This document shows, one piece after another, positions 34,411-47,681 of a stretch of 64,000 nucleotides of DNA. Each line of letters starts with the position of its first letter. Positions within the stretch are counted from its first letter, which is position 1. The DNA comes from Marsupella aquatica. Taxonomy: Eukaryota; Plantae; Marchantiophyta. Where the stretch lies: positions 742,435 through 806,434 of the forward strand of contig OZ316895.1 in the NCBI GenBank assembly GCA_973895155.1. The letters are read 5' to 3'. A program made the position numbers and the translations under genes. Under the pieces are notes generated by a model that ran no database searches, was not told the DNA's origin, and saw only the letters and a program-made list of their open reading frames with translations.

Positions 34411-37197
34411 CAATTGAGATTGAAGGGGGTATGGATGGATCTGACGGTGCCAGAAGACGGGCCAGAAGAATAATTATCTGATGAAGGGCTAGGATTGGTT
34501 CCCGCTTTTTCTGATTTTTCAAAGGGACAATGGACTTTTTTGGCAGGATAGAGTATTATGTAGTAGATACATAGATACTCGGGGGTCTCACTATATGAAG
34601 GCCTCCCCATCACCTGCGACATTTTTAGGCCTCAGAACCCCTAAAATTTAAGAAAATTTATATTTTTCTCAATCACTATAAAGTTTGAATATTCCAAAAT
34701 TTTGGTTAGAAGGACCCTAGCTAATGTTCTTATAAATCTCAAAATTAGATTTGAAAGACTCTATTGTTCTTTTGAGAAAATTCTTAAGTCTTCACTTTGA
34801 ACCAATAAAATGACACTATTCTTTGTTGCACATGATGTGCCATTGTTGTGGAAATGGAACCCCCAAGCATACCTCGTAACTTACACTGAATAGGCACTAC
34901 CGTACGGGGATATCAACGCATTAGTCAGTTTTGCCTGAAATGAAAATAAACAGAAAATCATTGGACAAAATGTTAGCTATAGACTAAGGGAAAATTTAAA
35001 ACATCCATTCAGTTTGTGAAAAATACACAACCCTCACGGCAGAGTAAATCTAGGCAAATATACTATGTTGTGGATTATTTGTAATAGGGAAAGGGCACAT
35101 GCCTTCATGAAAATTAGTTAGTAAAAATTATAATCACTAGTTAAAATTGGAGGCCCCATTGGAGGGCTCTACAAAACTTATCCCATACACCACCAACAAT
35201 TTTTATATGTTTTATTGCCCAGCCACACCATAATGCACCCAAGAAATGTAACATTGGACCTCATTCCAGAATCTAGCCTAAGGTCATGAAAGCAAATTGA
35301 AACAAAACCTACATTTGGGACTTAATTACATACTGCATATAACCTAGGGAAATCTCCAAACCTTATCAAGGCTTTTCCAAATGAATACATAAATGGAACC
35401 AAGTAGTGTTGTTCCACCAAAAAATTGAAAATCTGTAAGACCATTTAAATGACCTTATATTTTGTTGCGCGTGATGGGTGAGATACCACATAAATGAACT
35501 CCCCAAGCACGCACCATGCAACTTTGTTGTTCAATTTTCAGGCGGGTTTAGAAACCTGCTAAGAAACTATTGTAGCATTTCTACACATCTTACCAAGCGA
35601 AACTTTTTAATTTTTCTCCCAACTCATGGAGCATGGCTCAAAAACTTTTGAGAAAAAGCTGCACAAAATGGACCCATTTTGCGTTGTTGCGCTGTGTCAC
35701 TCAGCATTCTGGTAAAAAGTAATATTATAGTCACCTTCAATAACAATTTCTTTTTTCATTCAGCTATTTAAGATAGAACCCGAGATAGAATAATTGTCCT
35801 TTTAGTTTACTATAGGACAAAATAACAAAGTTACTTCCAGGGTAGGCCTCCTTTCAGTTCACTACAGGACAAAATATACTTTTCGATTACCAAGACAGTT
35901 GAATTATTTTCACTTCCGAAAACATTTTGCCTCAAGTTCTCAAATGTCAAACAAGGGGTTTCTTGGCACACAGGGAACCATGCAAATAATTTAGTAAGAT
36001 TCGGTTAAGGAACAGAAATTTTATCCATACACGAATCTCCGGAAATGTCCCCAGGGATGGCCAATTATAGACACTATAAGATCCACCAGAGTCACCCGCA
36101 CTCTTGAACCCACACTGAACTATACCACTTTTGTTACAATGTGTAGCTAGGTTGTGTTGCTAAAATGATGAGTAACAGTAATCAGATATTGGTTTGTCAC
36201 TCAGAATTGTCGCCTGTTTAATATAGCCATAGTTCCTTAGATCATGCTCAATCATGCACCTTTGTCCCCTTGCTTGGCAGTTGACATTGTGATATGGATC
36301 CAATGAAAACTACTATGATATACTAAAGGCTTTTTCTGCTCGATATGTACTATGTTAGACTTATCTATTAATTTTGATGTTTATGCCTGCAACGTATTTT
36401 ATGGAATAAGATTCACATCCAGCCATTATGCCCTATCATGTGCTGTTATATCACCAAGGCAACTTGAATGTTCTTCCCTAGGTCACCCATATTTTGGCAC
36501 CCTCTATTTCCCTAGGTCACCTGCTATTTGTCCAGAAGGAACTATACTTTGTCTACTGTAGTTTGTCTGGAGCCCTCAGTAGCTGGGGAATGTCTGTCAA
36601 CAGTTTTGGAAAAATCATTTGCATGATTGGAATATTGCTTGGATTAATTGACACCCTGTTTGACAATCTGGATGGCAATCGTGATGGCAATCTTAGCAAA
36701 CATTTACGCTTGGAGTGCTCAAATATATATATCTTTGCAACTTTTCTAGAGTCTTTTCTGAGTGTACATTCACAGTGTAACTAACTGTCACTCTATATAT
36801 AACCGTAGGTTGTGCCAGACAACCTTCGATGCAATCCAAGTCCGATCGCATTCGCTAACGTTTTTTCGTCTTGCCTTTTGGTACATCTGAGTGGGGCCCG
36901 CTGGTAGTGCACGATGCAAGGGACAACTTTTAAAACATCAAACTCTGACGACTGACGGGTTCTCCATAGCTAGGCCAGAGCAGCATTCAGTGAACTCCAC
37001 GTCACTCTCCAAAGGGGACATTTCCTTGCTAATGAGACTAAAGCACAGTGAGTAACGCCAGGCCACCTAATTGCATTGGGAGGCAATCGTCGATAAGGGA
37101 TGGCAACATTCATTGTCTAGCTACACAACCCACCCTGAATCCTAGAATACATGTGCATCTGAGCTAGAGTGGATGTCGAAATGCTGGCTTGACGAAG

Positions 37198-39040
37198 TTA
37201 ATGTACAGCTGGCATATAAATCCCCGACCCACGTCCATATTTCTTTAACGACGGCGCAAGCATCCCCAGGCACGTTACATATTTGCGGGAATTCTCATCC
37301 ATCACTCTTCCATCAATTGTTATGCAATAAGCTGTTCCTGGTGTAGTCGGAAGTCCACGACATGAAAGCCTCTCAAGATCCTTCTCGTGGAGCTCTCTAC
37401 CGTTTACCAGAATGCCTGTATTACCACCAGAACAAAATTTGCACATCGGGGTATTCAGTTCCATGATACATGGCGGAATTATGCCAAGGCATGGTCCAGG
37501 TTCCAAACCCCAAAACCCAGCCTGTATGTCGTACCAATAATTGCCAGGGTGAATTGGTCCTGCACATTCTTCAGCCTTTTTGACGTCGACATCGTTAATG
37601 GGTATGCCATTCACCACCACTTTCCTGCGATACTTATCGGGTTTGCTTTTTCGAAGCTGCTTGACACCCCGCTCGATACTCTTCGGTATCCTGATGTAGC
37701 CTCTAATGGCTGTAGTCGAACCTCGTGTATGCCGATCTGGCTCCTCCTGACCTTCTAGTTGACCCCTACCAATTGAAAGCTCGTCATGTCGGACAACAGT
37801 TTGCTGGAGATGATCCTCCTTCTGGCCTTCTTCATGTGCATGCGTCGGGTCTTCCTGCAGCTTCGATGCGACCTCTTGTCGTTGACGTTCTTCGCTAACA
37901 GCTGTTCATGAGAGAGTCATTTTAGTCCGAGGCAATCATCTCGTCAGTTTGGCACATATTCTGGAGGCATAAGAGATTGAGAAGTGCATGAGACTGTAGA
38001 TTACTTGTGCTGTCCCTTCTGAAATGCTATTTGCCGTACGTAATTTTACTTCCGACAATCAGATGAAAACTGACTTGGAGCACTAAAGCACTAGTGGTGC
38101 CAATTCCATCATCGTTTCTATATTTTCACCTACATTTATGAGAAAACGAAAAACTAGCTAGTATTTAGCATTACGAATTCACAGTTCTATGTGGATCGAT
38201 CGAATTCCAACGTTTTTAACTTGTTGTTCCCTTATGCTCCTTAAAGTACTTCATTCCTTCCTCGCATAATTACTGCGACAGAATTGGCACCTAGGTTCGT
38301 TTCGCCCCCGGTATTACATGTAAGTCAAGGTTTGATTTCTAAACTTTACCTTCAGAATTTGGCGAGTCAATTCCTCCATCTGCACGGAATTTTGCTAAGA
38401 ATCTCTTGGAGCTTCTTAGTAGATATCCTGTGGATCCCCTCTCGCCTGAAGTATCCTGTTTTATCGTGGATAATTCATTGGTGGCCTCCTCCAAAATTTC
38501 CCGGCATGCCTCGAAATCAGCATCACAAGAAGAGATCATTGACGAGGAACTGGTTAGTCTGTCAAATGTAGCGCCTTCACTTTCAGAATTTGAGGAGTCC
38601 GACGTTCCAGCGTCAGGCTGCAGCTTTGCCATTCGGGGCTTGGAGCCTAGCAGGAGCCAGATTGCGGATGACCTCCAACCCGGGGCAACCCGTTTGACTC
38701 TGGATGACCCATTAGTCGCCGTCTCGGAGTTGTCACGGACAAAATCTGGGTCGAAATCAATTACAGAAGAAGGGCTTGCTGACTCGGTTGCTACAGAATT
38801 GGTGTGGTCGAAGGGTACCTTTGCTTCAGTAGAAGCTTTCAGGCAGACGGAAACCCGCATCACGTCCAACGACTGACGCATAGACCTCGAAAAGGGTGAA
38901 TGCTGACTGTCCTGCAGGGCTACGGTCTGATCGAGCACCTCGGGAAATAGAGAATCATCCGGGCGATGATCAACTAGCGGCATCTCTTCTCTTGCTGCTC
39001 TTGACATGATCAAGCTTCCCTGCAGCTCTGATACTGACAT
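37198..39040 (-). CDS. EDR4-related / extra-large-G-protein-like family protein (two exons; start uncertain)
   Basis: The C-terminal domain VNGIPI..VKKAEECAGPIHPGNYWYDIQAGFWG..GPCLGIIPP..GNTGILVNGRELHEKDL..LAPS is present. Exons 39040-38350 and 37901-37198 join through a phase-1 GT-AG intron. Confidence 0.75.
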
Positions 39041-42000
39041 GGAGCCGGGTCTCCTGCTATGACTGTCCCATGGTTGATTCAGGCAAGTTTCGCATCTGCT
39101 GACCTGCTGAAGTAATCTCCTTGGAAGTCAAGATGAATTTCGAATTCATGCGTGGCGACGACGTTGTAGTGGCACTTGTTACGGTGCTATGACTTGCTTG
39201 CAGGGCAGGTAGCTTCACCGATCGATGATTAGGAAATACAGGTCTACATCGATCCATAGTCATTTGGATACCTTCGCAAAACTGTCGACCTGTGATGCAT
39301 TGGCATTATGTTCTAGAGTTGATCTCAAGCGAATCCCAAATAATGAACTAACACTCCTCCAGTTTGTTTCGACAACTGTGAGAATGATAGTCCATTGCTT
39401 GATACCTTCGCCCCCACACGCAATCTAGGAGGAACCTGGTAGAGTTGTGTCAAGTCTTTGCTCCAAGTCTGTACTTACTTCCGCGCGTTCGCTTAGCCGG
39501 CTAGAACTATATTTCTTGGTGCGTCCTCCAGTCCTCTGTGGGATGGCCGCCCCGCGGTTTACGCTGGTGGGAATTCTTATAAAAATTTCAAGGCTTTTCT
39601 GCTTCCCAAGAAGAATCGAGGTCTTTGAGACGGGCGCCAAGGACGGACTCGTGCTGACTTCAGTCTGGACAGATCGGAGCTGCGGACCGCCACCTCTGAT
39701 GGCATGCACTCGGTTGGAGCTTCAGAAATGTGATACTTTACTCCCTTGATTCAAAGGAGGATCTACATTAGTCGTTCATGAAGCCGTCATTCAATTCTAT
39801 CCAAACACGACGGAAATATGTTGTCGATCGAGTCGGCAGCTAGGGAACATCGAACGCCAGCTGTCATGCAATCGGCCATTGACATATTTGTGTCTCCACA
39901 TTCAAGGAAGGAAGTCTTTTCCTGGTAGCTTCTCCGGGGGGCTTCACAAAAGGACCAGACAACAGACGACACTTCCAAGATCTTGCTTTAGTTGATATGA
40001 GGGAGATTGTTCGTTCAGATTTCATCGCAATCACATATCAAGTGACAGGTCCATTTTCGCTTTGTAAGAAATCTCCCAATCCAACTAGAACTGAACTGGA
40101 ATGGGTCCCTCAAAATGTTAAGTGAACTAATTAACTTGACAACCGTTTTACGTCAGGAGACATCCTAAATGGACCTGATCCTGATCACGTTCTTCTAAAG
40201 GCCCCCTCAACCTTAGAACAGGAAAGGGGTCCGAAAGTTCTCACATTAAAGAAAACTTGTAAAAAAGTTGGGCACTCATTCGTAAATCGTGCCTCAACAA
40301 ATTGGAAAGCAAAGCATGGCCACTTTCCAAATCGGCCAGGCACGGTGACGATAAGATCGAGTAACTTCGAATTCAGAGCATATATTTTTAGGTCTGTAGG
40401 CTTGACAGAATGATATATGGTCTACACTTTTCACAGACATCGTTCTTCTATTTGAGTGGAGACAGGGAACAGTCGACCGACTCATCAGAGGCAACTGCAG
40501 CAGGCGGAGCCCACGGTTCTACTGTGCGAGTCGTCCATCGAGTTGGGCTCAAGTAACGACGGCCCCCTCTGTTTCTGACGCTAACTTCGTCGTTGTTCAA
40601 ATGTACAGCAATGAATCTTCTGATCCAGTCGTCTTCAGTTGACTTGTGAACATTGCGTTTCGAAACCAAGTACGCCCCACGTACTGAATCTCGAGAGCCT
40701 TTCTATATTTCCTTGAACCCAAAGAAAGATCAATTCATCGATCGAGGATCTGTGTTTCAAGACGAGGATCAATCATTCCATTGGAACAGACAGCACTCTA
40801 CGGTAGCTCAAAACGAGAACTGAAATCTCTAAACATGTCCAGATTCACGGGGACACCCTACAGTTTCAAGACAATCAACGTTGGCGAGGAGATCCACACT
40901 TGGAGAATAGGGAAGGAGGGGAGGGGCGAAGTTTGACGATTGAGTTGAGCTGGTCCCCATCTCTAACAGCCTTTTGGGTAGTGGACAGCGAGCTTTAGTG
41001 GACAAGCTTTCCTTGCAATTCTGGGTTAGAAGAGGGGAAATGTTTAGTTTTTTGTGGCTGCACGGATCCACTTTTTTTATTGAAAATGATCTCCACATAA
41101 AAATGAAAAGTTAACAAGATAATGATCTCTACATAAATTGAAAAGTCAACAAGATATTCCTCTAAGTAGTCTTGAGGAATACTCAACATTGAAAAAATGG
41201 AAACTAAACCTGAATCAGACTTTTTTCAAAACTTTCCATTGAGGGCATTTAAAATACATTCCATCAAGTTAGTTTTTTCTTAGAAAATTGAGAAAATGAA
41301 AAAATTATATGCTTTTTAGAATCCCATGGCAACATTAAATTATTTTAATATGAAAAATCTAACTTTTTCTACTCTGAGATTAAATCTTTATTAATAAAAT
41401 GATTAAATCCTTGTACTTGTATTCTTGAGTTATCTTTGAGGTCCCCAAAAAATTTTGAATAAAGTAAACTTGAATTCTATTCGAATTTAATTGTATTTTT
41501 TTCATTAATATTATTAAAAAATATAATTCAAGTTTACTTTATCCCAAAAAGGTTTATCATTTATTTTTCCATCAAGAAATGAAAAATTTTAGCTCTTGAT
41601 TTTTGTTTCGTCCTCTGTCACAAATCATATAGTATAACTTGAGAAGTTTATTCATTCCCTTTCTGATCCAGTGACGAAGTAAATGGCCACCATTTGACAA
41701 GCCGTGCGGAATGTCACCTTGGCGTGCTTTGATTTTGTTGGATAGCTTGGAAGACCTTTTCTTCCAGTGTTGTTCTTTCCGGTATTTTGTTGTTCTTTTG
41801 TGACATTACAAGAGGGCCCTTCAATATCAGACAAGTGGACAAACCTCACCCAGGAAAAGAGAACAAACTGTGTGCTCACATGAGCTAGAACCCAAACCAA
41901 CTAGTCAAAACATGAGGTCCTAAAAGAGCCACAGCAAGGCGACAGACCACCCTCTTTTCTCTTTCTTGTTCGGACCAGTCTTAAGGCCAGTGGTGATAAT

Positions 42001-42467
42001 AGGGCATCTCAAAGCTAGGTCATTAGAGAAAGGTACGGATTAATTTGTGATATATCTCATAACTAGCTCAAGTTATGGGACCCAGTTATAGAATTTAAAA
42101 AATGGGGGGAGGTAACATTGACCCGCCCCATAAGGCAGGAGTTACAATCTCACCTGTCTCATAGCATATATTCTGTTTTCCTCAATTCTTGATTAGCCAT
42201 CGCCTCAAATGCACTACCGATCACCACATCAGGAGCAAATCTCACGTGCCTTCAGTTGCGGCTTTCTGGAGTTCCAGAGTCCTGGATTTCCGGATTTCCA
42301 CCTAAAGTTGCAAGAAAGATACGGGTTAAGTGTTGAGCCTGCGGGCTTCCCTCATGGTAGCCGAAGATCAGCGCCCATAACATTTACGGGAGTTCCCATA
42401 ATACTTGAGTTATGGGAGGGCCTTATCTTGTTGAGGCCAAGCTTTGAGACGCCCTAATGGCATGGGC

Positions 42468-45400
42468 TGTTAGATATTGCTCTAGTCTTGTGACTCATGA
42501 GCTAACTACAGTTAGGCTAACTCGGGTTAGGACTTAGCTAATGTTAGCAGTAGTGCTGGTGTGCATATAGCCAGGGCTGATGCCAGACCCTGGGTGAAAC
42601 TTAGGCTCATTGTTACGGAGCTAGGTGAGAGATAGGGAGAGCTTGTGCTGTGGATGCTTGGTATGGCTGGTCGGCCTACTGTAGAGTGCAGTAAAGCTCT
42701 TGTGTGTTCACGTGGACGTAGCCTCATGTGAAGGTGAACCACGTATCTCTTTGTGTCGACTCTTGTGCGTTGGATGGTTCATGGGCTTGCCGTTGCGAAT
42801 GTCGTCTATGCTCAACAAGTGGTATCAGAGCATGCCTGGGAGGTGACAAGGTTTTTTCGTGACAGGTTTTCCAGCGTTCACTGTCGATGGTACATTCGGA
42901 GTTTCGTCGCATGAAACTCGATTGTGTGTGGCTGAGTGGATAGGTTAGTGAGAGGGCTTTCTAACGGTGGTTAGAACTTGCAGATCGGTATCCGTGGTGC
43001 GGAGGAATTGAAGTTTGCGTCGTTCAGGTTTTATTCGTGTTCGACGGGTTTTCGGGGGAGAGACCAGAGTTTGCATTTTTCAACGATGTGAGTTGTGCGG
43101 TGTTCGGGAGATCGCACATTATAGCTCAAGTTCAAGGTTGAAGCGAGCTGGTCATTTCGGTAGCTAGATTGTTGTCGAGTTGTAACTAACTGCGTCATGA
43201 CAAGAGAAGGGGGAGTTCAGGTTTTTCAGAAGCTATGGAGCTTGTTTCCATCTGAACCGAGTTTCTCTTCGTGACGTCCGACTCGGTGGAAGAAACGCGA
43301 AGTGCTACGGCTCAACGGTTTGATCGCGGCGAGGTGGTCATTTTGAGTCCGAGATTGGCACTTGATGCGGAGTGAAGGCGACACGGCGGAAATTTTCTAC
43401 TTTGCTGGAGCTGCAAACTGTGCCGGTGAAATTTGGCCACTTTTTCCGTCGGCGGTATTCACTTTTCTTGTTGGAAATAGCGGCTTTTCAAGTGAGTTTT
43501 TCAATTTTTTCCCGGGGGAGTTTTTTGAGTTTAAGGGGGTTTGTAACCCCTTGTGTGTGTACAAACACACGACTCTCCCACCTTGTGTAACGTGTATACG
43601 CCCCCCCCCCCCCCGCACCCCATTTTTCCAACACTCCGCAGCGCCAGCCAGCGCATATGCAGCGCCCGGTAGCTGCCTCCCGGACCTCTGCTGCCGCCCT
43701 GCGCCTTGCATGCCCCCGCACCCCCCTTTGACACATGTTTTGCGCCCGGCCCTTTACTGTCTGATGATGCTCAGAAGAAGTTGGGTCAATCACAAACAGC
43801 ATCTTCTTTTGGCACTGCGCTGAACGTGAACCGTGGGAGAGCAGCGCAACGCTCAAATGGGCATAACAGGTTTAGATCTACATCACGGGGGAGATCTAAA
43901 TTTAGAGGGAAATTGCAAGAGAGGAAGTCTCTTGCATGTTGGAATTGTGACAAGCCTGGCCACATGAAAAGGGATTGTCGAGTAAAGAACCCTACTGCAT
44001 CAGCTAACGCGACATCGAGCTCGCATGAGGTAGATTTACTTGATGATGATGACATATTGTGATGCCAAGGTTATGCTCTCAACGTAGTGTCAAATCCAGG
44101 TAGTGATGATTAGATTCTAGATAGTGCATGTACTTTTCACATTTGCTCTAGGAGAGATTTTTTCTGTTCTTACACGGTTTCCAATGGGTCAGTGTTGATG
44201 GGAAATAGAATCCCATGTCAAGTAGTTGGACTTGGATCTGTAAGATTTCAGATGTTTGATGGTGTTGTAAGAACGTTGAAGAATGTGAGACATATTCCTA
44301 GCATGATAAAAAATCTCATTTCACTTGAAGTTTTAGAAGCAAATGGCCATTAGTGGAGTTCTGCTAATGGTGTCCTTCAAGTTTCAACTGGTACTAAAGT
44401 TGTACGTTGTGGAGGGTAGTGTAGTCTGTGATGAAGCCAATGTAACCTTATCTCATGAGGAGACGGCCCGACTGTGGCACTTCCGTTTGGGCCACATGAG
44501 TGAAAAGGTTTGGCTATTCTTCAGAAAAAAGGATTACTTTCTAATTTGCAATCTTGTAAGTTGGAATTCTGTGAGCACTGTGTGTTGGGGAAGCAGCACA
44601 CAAAACCCTTCGGAGTTGGAACTCACATCAGCAAGGAGGTACTTGAGTATATACATAGTGATGTGTGGGGTCCAGCCCCTACTCCCTCACATTCTGACGG
44701 TTATACTATGTCACGTTCATAGACGATTACTCAAGGTATGTGTGGATATACTTTCTGCACAATAAGTCTAATATTTTTACCACTTTTAAGGAGTGGAAAG
44801 CCCAAGTTGAGAATCAGACTGGTATTAAGGTGAGATATCTTCGATCGGATAATGGCGGTGAATACAATTACGGGAAATTTGGAATGTATTGTAAGGAGCA
44901 GGAGATTACCCGCCATCTCACAACAAGTTATACTCCTCAGCAAAATTGTGGTTCTGAGAGACTCAACCAGGCAAACACTATTGGACCGCTCGAGGAGTAT
45001 GTTGAGTCAATCATGCTTACCACATGAGTTTTGGGCTGAAGTTGTCAATACTGCAGCTTATTTAGTAAATTTTTCTCCATCCAATTCTATTGGATTCTAT
45101 TAGGTATTTACTCATGGTCTAGGGTTACAACATGTAACCGTAGTTAGGCTAACCATAGTCGAAGACATGGTTAGGTTAACTAGGATGCACACTATATGCC
45201 AAGCGGTGTTTTCTTGGATAAGTGGAACTTAGGCTCATTGTTATGGAGCCACTTGAGAGATGAGGAGAGCTTACACTATGGAGACTTGGTATGGCCGACG
45301 GGCTTAGAGTTCAGTAAAGCTCTCTTGTGTGTTTCCGTGGACGTAGCCTCGAGGAGGTGAACCACGTATCTCTTGTGTCGACTACTTGCGCGTTGGATGT

Positions 45401-47681
45401 GTCATGTGCTTACCGTTACAAGTGTTGTCTATGCTCAAAAGATTCAAGACGCCATTTGAAATGAGGTATGGACGTCCAGCAGATTACTCACATCTGAGGA
45501 TTTTTGGATGTGATACTTATGTGCTTACACCTTCCCAGCTTCGATCCAAGTTGGAGTCCAAGTCGAAGAAGTGCATTTTCCTTGGCTATCAAAAAGGTGT
45601 GAAGGGTTATAGGTTATGGGATCCAGTAGCATATAAACTCATTATCAGTAAAGATGTGTCCTTTAATGAGTCCAGATCATCAAAAGAGGGGGAGAGTTCT
45701 CAGGACTCCCATACTAACAAAGGGGAAATCTTCCATCTCGGACCGGGTTGAGGGGAAGATTAGTCATGATGATGTTCATGACATGAGAGATGGAGAAGCT
45801 CTGGGCTTGAAGCTGGTTGCTATGATGAAACAAGAGGAGCATATTGTTGTTGGGGTACCTCAAATTCAACCAGTAGTAACAGCAGATCAGTCTGAGTCAT
45901 CTACTAGAAGAACTTCCAGTTGTTCTATTAGAGCTCCTACCAGGTATGGTCAATGGGCAGACTCATCTAAGCTAGATGATATTGACATTGCACCTGATGA
46001 AGATGATATGGCTTTGATCTTGGAAGAAGGAGAGCCTTCTTCGTACAGTGAGGCTTGTGCTTCAAAGCATAAGCATGAGTGGAATGCAGCAATGCAGAGG
46101 GAAATGCAATCTTTGAGTGACAACAAGACATGGGAGCTGGTGGAGCTTCCAAGAGGTCAACAAGTGGTGGACAGCAAGTGGATTTACAAGTTGAAGGAGA
46201 GTCCTTCAAAGGGTGGAGATAAGATCTACAAGGCAAGGCTTGTTGCCAAGGGATTCACTCAGGAGAAAGGAGTGGATTACAATGAGGTCTTTTCACCAGT
46301 GGCTAAGTATTCCACAATTCGGATCTTGTGTCAGCTTGTTGTGTTTTTTGGTCTGGTGATGGATCAAATGGATATTGTTACTGCTTTTCTCTATGGCAAC
46401 CTGGAAGAAATTATCTTCATGAGATAGCCAGTAGGCTTTATGAAGAAAGGCCAAGGGAACTTAGTTTGCAGATTACTCAAGTCCTTGTATGGATTGAAGC
46501 AATCTCCCAGACAGTGGAACAAGCGGTTTGATGATTTCATGTTTGCTCAAGGTTTTACAAGGATGGTGTATGATCCTTGTGTGTATACAAAATCAGTCAA
46601 GAATGATGTATTTGGTTTCATCATTCTGGTTATCTATGTGGATGACATGCTGATTGTGGCTAAAGATCAATCTGAGGTTGATAGTCTCAAGGCGAAATTG
46701 AGTGCTGAATTCAGGATGAAGGATCTTGGTAAGGCCAAGAGGATCTTAGGGATGGAGATTTTTAGGAAGTTCTCTGATACTGGACAGTTGTGCTTGAGTC
46801 AAGGCCAGTATGCGAGGAGAGTACTTGCACGATTCAACATGGAAAACTGTAAGCCAGTGAATATTCCTTTAGCTTCACATTTCAAGTTATCATCGGCTTT
46901 CTCTCCTACGGATGCTGTGGAGAAAGGTCTGATGGCTAAGATTCCTTATGAGAAGGCAGTAGGCAGTCTGATGTATTTGATGACTTGTACTAGGACTGAC
47001 TTGGCCCTAGCGATGGGCAAGGTTAGCAGATTCATGTCAAATCCAGGGAAAGCTCAATCCCGCTGATGCCATTACCAAAGTGATTCACCAAAGTGATTCC
47101 TTTGGAGAGTTTCTCAAGTCAGACACCATGCTACTTTGCAGGTTTTGCAGTTGTAGTGCAAGTAGAGATATTTAGCAATGTGTGATTATTTGTATATGGA
47201 TTACTCATTCATGTTTGACTACGGCTTAGTTCTAGTTAACCCTTGTGGTTTTTAGGGGGAGACCTGGTTTGGTGATTGTCTAGAACTTCCCGCTGAGGAT
47301 TCCATCTAGTAGCATTTAGTCCAGTCTCCACGACAAGAGTCAAGGGGGAGTTTGTTAGATATTGCTCTAGTCTTGTGACTCATAAGCTAACTACAGTTAG
47401 GCTAACTCGGGTTAGGATTTAGCTAATGTTAGCGGTAGTGCTGGTGTGCATATAGCCAGGGCTGATGCTAGACCCTGGGTGGAACTTAGACTCATTGTTA
47501 CGGAGCTAGTTGAGAGATAGGGAGAGCTTGTGCTATGGATGCTTGGTATGGCCGGTCGACCTAGAGTGCAGTAAAGCTCTTGTGTGTTCCCATGGAGGTG
47601 AACCACATATCTCTTTGTGTCGACTCTTGTGCGTTGGATGGTTCATGGGCTTGCCGTTGCGAATGTCGTCTATGCTCATCA
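42468..47681 (+). mobile_element. Defective Ty1/copia LTR retrotransposon (Tork/Tnt1-like) with both LTRs
   Basis: 5' LTR 42468-42817 and 3' LTR 47353-47681. TSD TGGGC at 42463-42467 and 47682-47686. PBS TGGTATCAGAGC (tRNA-iMet) at 42820 and PPT AAGGGGGAG at 47342-47350. Zn knuckle CWNCDKPGHMKRDC, protease, integrase (LRSDNGGEY) and RT (YVDD). Gag N-terminus and most of RNase H are missing. Confidence 0.96.
45098..45440 (+). mobile_element. Solo LTR of a related copia family nested in the integrase
   Basis: TSD GATTC at 45093-45097 and 45441-45445. Homologous to the host LTRs (GTAGTTAGGCTAAC, CTTAGGCTCATTGTTA, GGTGAACCACGTATCTC). Removal restores SNSIGF|KTPFEM. Confidence 0.92.

Noticed and set aside
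34500-35800. Candidate right terminus of the giant transposon
   Set aside because: TE-like AT-rich sequence, but it lacks the palindrome and no partner TIR is available in the window to test it.
43362-43760. GC-rich ORFs inside the copia element
   Set aside because: They lie in the leader region before the gag remnant with poly-C tracts, and show no protein similarity or separate TSD.
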